From assembly GCF_006345805.1 (NCBI RefSeq), contig NC_043007.1, positions 47,182,001-47,246,000 on the forward strand: a stretch of 64,000 nucleotides of DNA, written 5' to 3'. The first letter of the stretch is position 1. Each line of letters starts with the position of its first letter. The translations under genes were made by a program, and so were the position numbers. The stretch comes from Octopus sinensis. Its lineage: Eukaryota. The notes below the pieces were generated by a model that worked only from the letters and a program-made list of their open reading frames with translations, made no database searches and was not told the origin of the DNA. Positions 54,511-64,000 of the stretch are shown here, in pieces.

Positions 54511-55216
54511 TTACCCATCGCTCTACTGGCTTCCCACTACTCCAAGCATCACTCCACCGCTATAAAATTAATTTGTTAAGTTTGCTCTATTGTTCTTTTA
54601 CCTATAATACTAAAATAAGAGACACAAACATCGGTTGCGACAGTAAAACTTTAGGACTGCCGTTTTCGGACCAGTACATTTACACGTAAAACAAAATATA
54701 ATTAGATTGTTACTTCACTTCAGAATCATGCAAGCAATAAGCTATCACACAATCGATAAACAAAAGCGAATAATATGTTTAGGGACTCTTCATTTGACAG
54801 CATTACTGACCCTTAAAACAAACATGGCTTTCTGCCTAAGAAAGAACTTGTTATTCGTTTACTTTACGGGAAGCAGTGTAATTGCTGTTCAAGCTTCACA
54901 ACTCTTATTGTTCGCTAACACTTAGCAAATAGATTTACTGGATAAAATCCAAGTATTTTTCACTGAAAGAATAAGATCAGTTAAAGTTCTGAATTACTTG
55001 GAATGGTTCCAGATTTGTAAGTTATGCTTTCTACATAGACTTCTGAAGAGAGAGAGAGAGAGAGAGAGAGAACGAGAGAGACAGACAGACAGATAGAGGA
55101 AAAGAGACAGAGAGAGAAATTCAAATATTACAGCAATGACTAGGAGTTCGCTTCGCAATCCCATTCTTTCGCAGTTGATCCTACATTGTATATATATCTA
55201 TATACATACATAAATA

Positions 55217-55341
<125 letters not shown>

Positions 55342-55365
55342 TGATAGATAGATAGAGAGATAGAC

Positions 55366-55423
<58 letters not shown>

Positions 55424-55424
55424 C

Positions 55425-55455
<31 letters not shown>

Positions 55456-55575
55456 GTAGGTAGGTAGATAGATAGACATATAGACATATTGTATGTAATA
55501 ATATAGTGTATATATATATATATATATATATTAATTTAAAAAATGGAGTTAACGCAGGAGTAATCAAATATTTTT

Positions 55576-55661
55576 ACTTTCGACACATGTTTCGAAAATT
55601 CCACTGATACTATTCAAAAGAATAAATGGTATAAACAATGCAATCTTCTCCTCAGGAAAGT
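55576..55661 (-). ncRNA. Type I hammerhead ribozyme motif with canonical core and long stem II
   Basis: ACTTTC-CTGAGGA-GAAGATT..41 nt..AATTTTC-GAAA-CATGT-GTC-GAAAGT: 6-bp stem I, G10.1-C11.1 pair, GUC triplet. Confidence 0.82.
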
Positions 55662-56156
55662 GAAAAAAACCAAACTCGTCAATAAGAGATTTTAGCAAAA
55701 AATGATCGATTTGTATAGCGATAGACAGAACGCTATTAATATTGTTTAAAAAAAACGTTATATGATATAACGTCATAAGTAGCTAACAGAAAGAGTAGGG
55801 ATATTAATAGTGAATGTTAAATATAAAAGGAATTAAAGTTTAAAGTATATATAATGATAGTGACTACTTATATGCACTAAATGTATGTTTTTGCCAATGA
55901 TTACATCTGTATGCTCGCTCTATAACCGTGTTTACTAGAGTATTTTTAGAAAAAATAATGAAAAATAGCTCAGAATTGCAGAGAAGACAGAATTTCTTGC
56001 CTTTGTCATATTGTATCGAAATTGAGAGAATCAACCATTCTAAATGAAATTGTTCATTGTGGTCTTTTAAATCCCAAATCAGTTTGCTGAGACCGGTACT
56101 ATTCCGTTTATTTCTATCCCTAAATGTTGAGTAATGGATAGAAATATGTTTGCATA

Positions 56157-56212
<56 letters not shown>

Positions 56213-56361
56213 ATACATATATATATATAATGTAAGGTATAGAAGCCATCTTAACATGGCTAACCACATAGGGGAGGGGGCTTCTATACTTTACATTATC
56301 GAGCAATTACTGTTTCAATCTCATTCTGAGATTTAATAATGCTATATATATATATATACAT

Positions 56362-56413
<52 letters not shown>

Positions 56414-56511
56414 TAAAGGGTGAAATATAATTAATTTAATAAAATCAATAAATTTCACCTAGTAGTATTTCGGTATGGAAAAGGACCATATTCGGTAAAA
56501 AATTGCGTATA

Positions 56512-56587
<76 letters not shown>

Positions 56588-56676
56588 TATATATTATATA
56601 TATATATATATATATGTATGTATATATATATATATGTGTATGTATATATATATATATATATAATATATAATATATA

Positions 56677-56707
<31 letters not shown>

Positions 56708-56764
56708 CAGTAGTAACAGAAAGGAAGAATTTCGAATATCCCCACGTGGTGAGTTGTAATGTAT

Positions 56765-56883
56765 ATAAGAAATTAAAAAAGGAAAATACGCACCTTACAT
56801 AGTGCTAATATATACCGGTCGATATATTAAAAATCATATTAAAACTATGTAAGTGGACGTATTTTCCTTTTTTAATTTCTTAT
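56765..56883. repeat. 39-40-bp inverted repeat with 40-bp spacer
   Basis: ataagaaattaaaaaaggaaaatacgcaccttacatagt versus actatgtaagtggacgtattttccttttttaatttcttat. Confidence 0.9.
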
Positions 56884-56888
56884 GAATA

Positions 56889-56919
<31 letters not shown>

Positions 56920-56930
56920 GTGTGTGTGTA

Positions 56931-58024
56931 GAACAAAAACCTCTCGGACAAAAGACCCTCGGACAAATGTCCCACGGTTATATTTTTCGTTTATTTTTTT
57001 CATTATTTTCACCGTTTACTTATTTCAGTCATTAGACAGTAGCCATGCTGGAGCACCACCTTGAATAACTTTGTGTTGCGCGTAGCGACAAACGAATAAT
57101 TTTTTCCTTTTTAATTGTGCCGTTATTTAGAAGCGGCCGTGCTGAGACACTGCCTTGAGTAATTTTTAGTCAAATGTATCGACCCCAGAATTGTATTTAA
57201 TGATTTTCAACCAGCGCGCGAAGAGAAGCCGAGAAAGTTTCAACCAGCGCATGAAGTTAAGCCTAGAATGTATGTATCTCCAAATGCTAGCTATAAATGC
57301 CAAATCTCTTAGAAAACTTTTACAACCCCTTCGGTTTTAATTTTTGAAAATCTTTTTACTTGTTTCAGTCATTGAACTGCGGCAATGCTGGGGTAGCGCG
57401 TTGAAGAATTTCTAGTCGCAGAAAAATCACCATTTTAAAATTTAAATTTAAACTCTTTTGTTTTCGTCTCTTAACACTTGCAGATTAATAAGAATGAGCT
57501 GACATTTTGAACTTTCCCTTACAGAAATATAGCGCCGAAGGCTAGTCATTCAAACATATTTCTTATCGTTTTTATGTTTCTACACATTTCTAAATGTAAA
57601 TGCTTTCCCTTTTGTTAGAATTCAGACAATGTGTACATTGAATAATAAAGAGTCTTGTGTTCTATTATCCTGTTATACTTATTTATTTTCTATTTAATAT
57701 ATTTTGCTTACTTAAAAATTGGAATTCTGAAAAATAAATATTTTTTTACAACCGCGATTTTCGTTTTTGCTTACGTTAAATTATAAAACTTTTTTAGGTT
57801 TGGCTGTTATTTCTAGTATGTGGAGAGACCTTCTAGGCTTAATTTTATGTGCTAGGGAAAAATTACCTAGAATAGATTTTTTAAGGTGGTGCCCCAACAT
57901 AGTCGCAATCCAGTGAGTGAAACTAGTTAAAAGGTTTTAAGAAAATAAAAATAAATGAAGAATAATCAAAAAATAGAACTGGGGCTTTTGTCCGAGGTTC
58001 TTTTGTCCTTGGGGGATTTTGACC
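56931..58024. mobile_element. Putative ~1.1-kb non-autonomous TIR element with iterated GGACAAAAG motifs
   Basis: About 45-bp TIRs 56931-56975 and 57979-58024, each with three GGACAAAA-like repeats; interior AT-rich with SINE tail fragments. Confidence 0.65.
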
Positions 58025-58034
58025 AATCTTAATG

Positions 58035-58076
<42 letters not shown>

Positions 58077-58333
58077 TTTAACAATTAAGGATAATCTCTT
58101 AATAAGGGATCTTAACAAGAAATTATCGGGTAGCTAGCGTGAAAACCTCATAAAAGAAAAGAATTCGAAAATAATTTTTTCTTTTGAACAAATTAATTAT
58201 ATCTATATTGTATAGAGGGCATTATTACACATAAATGCCTCACACTAGGAGGGACAAAGTCATTACTACCAAAATTATACTAATCATACCCAAATGCAGT
58301 TTTTCAAAGCAAGACATTTAAAAAAATGAATTT

Positions 58334-58392
58334 AGTTCTGTATCACCGTGATTTCACATTCAACTTTACGTCTAATGATCGTCAGCAGAACT
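58334..58392 (-). ncRNA. Type I hammerhead motif, inverted arm copy
   Basis: Exact reverse complement of 58635-58693. Confidence 0.75.
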
Positions 58393-58634
58393 GATTCTGA
58401 ATACATCATAAATAAACTACCAACCTTACGTAGCGAAGACAAACAGACAACTGCTCACTCCGGCCAAGCACATGGAATGTTTATAAATCATATATCCGGT
58501 AAATGGCGGGCTTTTTTACGCCATTTACCGGATATATGATTTATAAACATTCCATGTGCTTGGCCGGAGTGAGCAGTTGTCTGTTTGTCTTCGCTACGTA
58601 AGGTTGGTAGTTTATTTATGATGTATTCAGAATC

Positions 58635-58693
58635 AGTTCTGCTGACGATCATTAGACGTAAAGTTGAATGTGAAATCACGGTGATACAGAACT
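58635..58693 (+). ncRNA. Type I hammerhead motif, array copy 1
   Basis: AGTTCTG-CTGACGA-T-CATTAGAC gtaaa GTTGAATG-T-GAAA-TCACGGTG-ATA-CAGAACT; 7-bp stem I, AUA triplet at 58684-58686. Confidence 0.78.
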
Positions 58694-59117
58694 AAATTCA
58701 TTTTTTTAAATGTCTTGCTTTGAAAAACTGCATTTGGGTATGATTAGTATAATTTTGGTAGTAATGACTTTGTCCCTCCTAGTGTGAGGCATTTATGTGT
58801 AATAATGCCCTCTATACAATATAGATATAATTAATTTGTTCAAAAGAAAAAAATTATTTTCGAATTCTTTTCTTTTATGAGGTTTTCACGCTAGCTACCC
58901 GATAATTTCTTGTTAAGATCCCTTATTAAGAAATTATCCTTAATTGTTAAACTTATTCCGAAATACTTTTCATTACCCGACATGCAGTTCGTAAAAAAGC
59001 CCGCCATTTACCGGATATATGATTTATAAACATTCCATGTGCTTGGCCGGAGTGAGCAGTTGTCTGTTTGTCTTCGCTACGTAAGGTTGGTAGTTTATTT
59101 ATGATGTATTCAGAATC

Positions 59118-59176
59118 AGTTCTGCTGACGATCATTAGACGTAAAGTTGAATGTGAAATCACGGTGATACAGAACT
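59118..59176 (+). ncRNA. Type I hammerhead motif, array copy 2
   Basis: Identical to copy 1. Confidence 0.78.
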
Positions 59177-59600
59177 AAATTCATTTTTTTAAATGTCTTG
59201 CTTTGAAAAACTGCATTTGGGTATGATTAGTATAATTTTGGTAGTAATGACTTTGTCCCTCCTAGTGTGAGGCATTTATGTGTAATAATGCCCTCTATAC
59301 AATATAGATATAATTAATTTGTTCAAAAGAAAAAAATTATTTTCGAATTCGTTTCTTTTATGAGGTTTTCACGCTAGCTACCCGATAATTTCTTGTTAAG
59401 ATCCCTTATTAAGAGATTATCCTTAATTGTTAAACTTATTCCGAAATACTTTTCATTACCCGACATGCAGTTCGTAAAAAAGCCCGCCATTTACCGGATA
59501 TATGATTTATAAACATTCCATGTGCTTGGCCGGAGTGAGCAGTTGTCTGTTTGTCTTCGCTACGTAAGGTTGGTAGTTTATTTATGATGTATTCAGAATC

Positions 59601-59659
59601 AGTTCTGCTGACGATCATTAGACGTAAAGTTGAATGTGAAATCACGGTGATACAGAACT
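59601..59659 (+). ncRNA. Type I hammerhead motif, array copy 3
   Basis: Identical to copy 1. Confidence 0.78.
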
Positions 59660-60083
59660 AAATTCATTTTTTTAAATGTCTTGCTTTGAAAAACTGCATT
59701 TGGGTATGATTAGTATAATTTTGGTAGTAATGACTTTGTCCCTCCTAGTGTGAGGCATTTATGTGTAATAATGCCCTCTATACAATATAGATATAATTAA
59801 TTTGTTCAAAAGAAAAAAATTATTTTCGAATTCTTTTCTTTTATGAGGTTTTCACGCTAGCTACCCGATAATTTCTTGTTAAGATCCCTTATTAAGAGAT
59901 TATCCTTAATTGTTAAACTTATTCCGAAATACTTTTCATTACCCGACATGCAGTTCGTAAAAAAGCCCGCCATTTACCGGATATATGATTTATAAACATT
60001 CCATGTGCTTGGCCGGAGTGAGCAGTTGTTTGTTTGTCTTCGCTACGTAAGGTTGGTAGTTTATTTATGATGTATTCAGAATC

Positions 60084-60142
60084 AGTTCTGCTGACGATCA
60101 TTAGACGTAAAGTTGAATGTGAAATCACGGTGATACAGAACT
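60084..60142 (+). ncRNA. Type I hammerhead motif, array copy 4
   Basis: Identical to copy 1. Confidence 0.78.
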
Positions 60143-60564
60143 AAATTCATTTTTTTAAATGTCTTGCTTTGAAAAACTGCATTTGGGTATGATTAGTATA
60201 ATTTTGGTAGTAATGACTTTGTCCCTCCTAGTGTGAGGCATTTATGTGTAATAATGCCCTCTATACAATATAGATATAATTAATTTGTTCAAAAGAAAAA
60301 AATTATTTTCGAATTCTTTTCTTTTATGAGGTTTTCACGCTAGCTACCGATAATTTCTTGTTAAGATCCCTTATTAAGAGATTATCCTTAATTGTTAAAC
60401 TTATTCCGAAATACTTTTCATTACCCGACATGCAGTTCGTAAAAAAGCCCGCCATTTACCGGATATATGATTTATAAACATTCCATGTGCTTGGCCGGAG
60501 TGAGCAGTTGTCTGTTTGTCTTCGCTACGTAAGGTGGTAGTTTATTTATGATGTATTCAGAATC

Positions 60565-60623
60565 AGTTCTGCTGACGATCATTAGACGTAAAGTTGAATG
60601 TGAAATCACGGTGATACAGAACT
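60565..60623 (+). ncRNA. Type I hammerhead motif, array copy 5
   Basis: Identical to copy 1. Confidence 0.78.
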
Positions 60624-60869
60624 AAATTCATTTTTTTAAATGTCTTGCTTTGAAAAACTGCATTTGGGTATGATTAGTATAATTTTGGTAGTAATGACTT
60701 TGTCCCTCCTAGTGTGAGGCATTTATGTGTAATAATGCCCTCTATACAATATATATATATATATATATGAGAGAGAACAAAGTGTACATATATTTATATA
60801 TATATATATATATATGTGTGTGTCTGTCTGTCTGTCTGTCTGTATGTATGTATGTAATTATTCAGTTTA

Positions 60870-61500
60870 TTTGAAGATTTCTTGCCAATAAAGAAAGAAC
60901 AGGTTTCTAACCCAGATCCAAGGTTCTTTCATTGAAATTTCAACATCAACAACAGGGTATTTTTGTATGTATGTATATATTTATGTGCAGATTTTTATGT
61001 CTTGTGTATGTATTCTCATGCATAGAGTGACATATCTAGACATGCTCGTATATATCTAAATGATAAACTGCTGAAAAGTTTGACATACTTTATAGTTCCA
61101 GAAATAGACTGGATCTGTAGCCTTTGAATTAGCTTTCTACTTTCTGGTTTTGAGAAGCCTAATTTCTCAGGATTAGTATTTAGTCAGTGTGTTACATAAA
61201 GCTGAACTTGTAATCTGGATAGAGTACCTGTAAACTTCTCAATAGTTCAGCATAGGTGTTCTCTTTTTCACTAATCTTCAATTTTATGTTAACATCCGCT
61301 GGGCAGCTAACTTCCACAATTGTGCACAGTTTCTCTTCTCTATCCCAAATCCTTATATCAGGTCTGTTGTGCTTACATTCTATTGAAGATTTCACTGGTA
61401 CATTCCACCAGTATTCCTTTTCATTATGACTGGCTATGTCTACAACCATATTTTGGGCTTTTATATCTTTGCCCTCGGGATTATCCTTCCGATGGATTTC
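60870..61500 (-). mobile_element. 3' end of a non-LTR retrotransposon with restriction-like endonuclease (R4/Dong-like)
   Basis: WWNVPVKSSIECKHNRPDIRIWDREEKLCTIVEVSCPADVNIKLKISEKENTYAELLRSL: RPD..(D/E)V.CP.D RLE motif; flanked by TA/TATG repeats. Confidence 0.78.
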
Positions 61501-61541
61501 ATTATAGAATGTCCTTATGTATGGATGTATGTATGCATATA

Positions 61542-61930
61542 CGAGTGGATACCTGAAAGAAACCGGAATTTTGCAACAATATTTTATTCACACAGTTTTC
61601 ATGTTTACAATTTTATTGCCTTCAAATTATTCTCCATTTGAAACAATGCCTCTGTTCAGACGCGTTTTCTACCGTTTGAACCGGTACTAGAACTCTTTCG
61701 AAGCAATGACTTTTATCGCCTTCGTCGCTTTTTTTAACCACTTCCACATTTGCAAATTCCGTAACACCAGCTTCGAACACCAGTGAGGAACTTCAAAAAC
61801 AACCGCTCGGATTAATTTCAACTGAAGTTCACGACACGCATTTGGTCATTACTTTTGATTTTCCGTGAGCAAGTGAGGCAAAAATTTTTCTGCATCTCTT
61901 TTCATTCGAAATTTCTCACTCACAATTCGT
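61542..61930 (-). mobile_element. Internally deleted mariner with 3' TIR
   Basis: FRMKRDAEKFLPHLLTENQK; FANVEVVKKATKAIK..NRGIVSNGE; TIR aaattccggtttctttcaggtatccactcg then TA. Confidence 0.82.
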
Positions 61931-62089
61931 TGGCAGGAGGATTATTACAAGCAAGAGACAACCTAAATCCCTAAAAAGGTTACTCACCAGTGCCAAATTA
62001 CCCACCAAAATTATAACCCGTCTAGTCAAAAACTGCAACCACCCTAACTGCGGGACTTGTACCTCTTTCTTAGAAAATTCATCATACAA

Positions 62090-62430
62090 TTTTAAGTCAG
62101 GTCAACCTTTCACCATAAAATATCGCTTCACCTTTGTATCGAAGAACTCAATATATATCTTCAAATGTTCTGGGTGTGATGGAGACAACATAGGTCAAAC
62201 TAACTTGATCTTGAGGGACAGACTAACGGTAGACAGGCAACAAATTCGGGACCCACAATTAGGAAAATTTCTGTAGCAATCACCTTGACCAATGTCACGC
62301 AAACATAAACCCGAAATACCAAATCTTCCCTTTCTATCAATCCTCCGGTAAGACTTGAACCCAATTCTGATTGAATAAGGAAAGTATAGACATTGAAAAA
62401 TATAAACCGCAGCTAAATCTCCTTTAGAAA
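62090..62430 (+). mobile_element. Penelope-like GIY-YIG endonuclease remnant
   Basis: FVSKNSIYIFKCSGCDGDNIGQTNLILRDRLTVDRQQIRDPQ..IEKYKPQLN; a second weaker remnant near 62720-62900. Confidence 0.82.
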
Positions 62431-63392
62431 GAAGAAAAATCACTAAAAAGAAGAATAAACTCAATTTCTCCACACATAAAAAACAACCAGATACAACAAC
62501 CATAATTCGAAAATTTTAGTAACAGTTTTCCTCATGGGTTTCGAAACATCAGCTCCAAATCACTATACAATAACACCACACACCTTCCCAAACACCAGTT
62601 GTTGACGTCACCTATCTCTAGATCAGTGAAATTTTACCTTCAATCAGAACCGGATTCTCGGCAAAAAATAACAAACTGACCCTATAAGAGAATCAACTAA
62701 CCGGAATCAACCACAGGGAAGTCAAATTGGTAGAATGCCAAACTTGACCACCAGAAAGAATAAGACATCATCAGCGTTATGACGAATCAAAAATTAGATC
62801 CGTTCGCGGAAAAACATATCAATTCCAAAACACTCCATTACAAGCAAAAAGCCATATACGCGACAGAAAATAAATTCATACGCAAAATGACAGAAACTGT
62901 AAGAAGAAAAAATAAACATTTTTTGCTCTCTTTTCTTATTTCGCTGTCTTAACTCAGTACGACCAAACATTTAACAATTCACATTTTTTATATTCTTCTA
63001 TTTTGCAATATTATAATTTAAAAATCCCATTGTACAATTATGGCAGTGATAAACAAGAAATTGTAGTAACTATTTTGGTACGTATGTAAGTATATTTATT
63101 TAACAACAATTACAAGTTTTTCAAATTCAGGCTATTTTCAGAAACAAATTCTCTGTGTGTATATATTTATATGTGTGTGAATGTGTATGTATTTATACAT
63201 ATATGTATCTATATACGTATGTGTATATATGTATGCATATATGTATATACATATGTATATTTATATGTTTATATATATGTATATATATGTATATATATGT
63301 ATGTATATACATATATATTTATATGAGTAAACGAATAAAAGAGTATATATACATATACATATATATATATATAATATATATATATATATACA

Positions 63393-63552
63393 CGATGGGA
63401 TTCTTTTTGTTTCCGTCCACGAAATTCACACACGACTTCAGTCAGCCCGAAGCTATTGCCGGAGACACTTGCTCAATATGCCATGAAGTGGGACTGAACA
63501 CGGAACCATGTGGTTGAAAAGCTTTTTATTACACAGCCACGCCTACTCCTGT
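63393..63552 (-). mobile_element. SINE family A 5' part
   Basis: Reverse strand gtggctgtgtaata..accacatggttccgtgttcagtcccact. Confidence 0.78.
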
Positions 63553-64000
63553 ATCCATATATATATATATATATATATATATAGTGCTCCAGCATGGCTG
63601 AAGTCAATTGACTGAAACAAATCAAAGAGTAAAAGAATAATATATATAAAGATATGTATGTATATATGTGTGTGTGTTTATATATAAATAAGATGTTAGT
63701 TTGTTTTACTAAGAATCAATACTACTGTATTGCACTATTTAATAATATTTTCTTATTTATAATATATACTTTTTTATTTATTTGTGGGTTAAGAATCCTA
63801 ACAATGGTTTTATGTTAACACAAATCGTTTAACAATTATGAAGCCTGCCACATTAGTACTCGTCTTCATTTTGGATGAGCATACACGAAGTTAAACGAGA
63901 CTGTACAAGATTTCGATAGAAATAAATATACTTATCATGGGAAGTAACATAATCTAACCTATTATCCCCTCTATGTTAGTCGTTGGATCTTTGTAGGAAC

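Larger units (their letters stand above)
58072..60753. repeat. 483-bp tandem array (about 4.6 units, 58519-60753) with an inverted 449-bp partial unit (58072-58520); retrozyme-like
   Basis: cgccatttaccgg at 58519, 59002, 59485, 59968 and 60450; I saw only five differences among the tandem units; flanked by (TA)n on both sides. Confidence 0.97.

Noticed and set aside
56450-56500. Minus-strand GGT..ACC-GAAAT motif with possible stem I
   Set aside because: Core cannot be read as (C/U)UGAN(G/A)A
58348-60128. Repeated 63-69-aa ORFs MISHSTLRLM... in the array
   Set aside because: GTG start, no recognisable motif, antisense to the hammerhead and overlapping it; repetition only reflects the tandem unit

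Overview
AT-rich, microsatellite-saturated eukaryotic DNA that is intronic or intergenic. The SINE, mariner and Penelope repertoire looks cephalopod (octopus-like); this is my inference from recalled repeat families, not a database match. I cannot support any intact protein-coding gene, and most of the supplied ORFs are translations of (TA)n/(CA)n/(GATA)n tracts. The window holds decayed Tc1/mariner transposons, several Penelope-like retroelement (PLE) remnants (RT and GIY-YIG pieces), a Gypsy remnant, CR1/L2-type and RLE-type (R4-like) LINE fragments, an unclassified CxxH-type DNA transposase remnant and three tRNA-derived SINE families. The main signal lies in non-coding RNA structure: ten type I hammerhead ribozyme (HHR) motifs with complete cores, from four unrelated repeat families. 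Six sit in a near-identical 483-bp tandem array plus its 437-bp fold-back arm (58072-60753), which looks like a retrozyme. Two sit in a 360-bp repeat and have a compensatory U3-A8 core. One has a long stem II (55576-55661) and one is a minimal motif (19399-19433). Many repeats occur as fold-back inversions next to (TA)n tracts. All folds and alignments were read by eye and need computational and biochemical confirmation.
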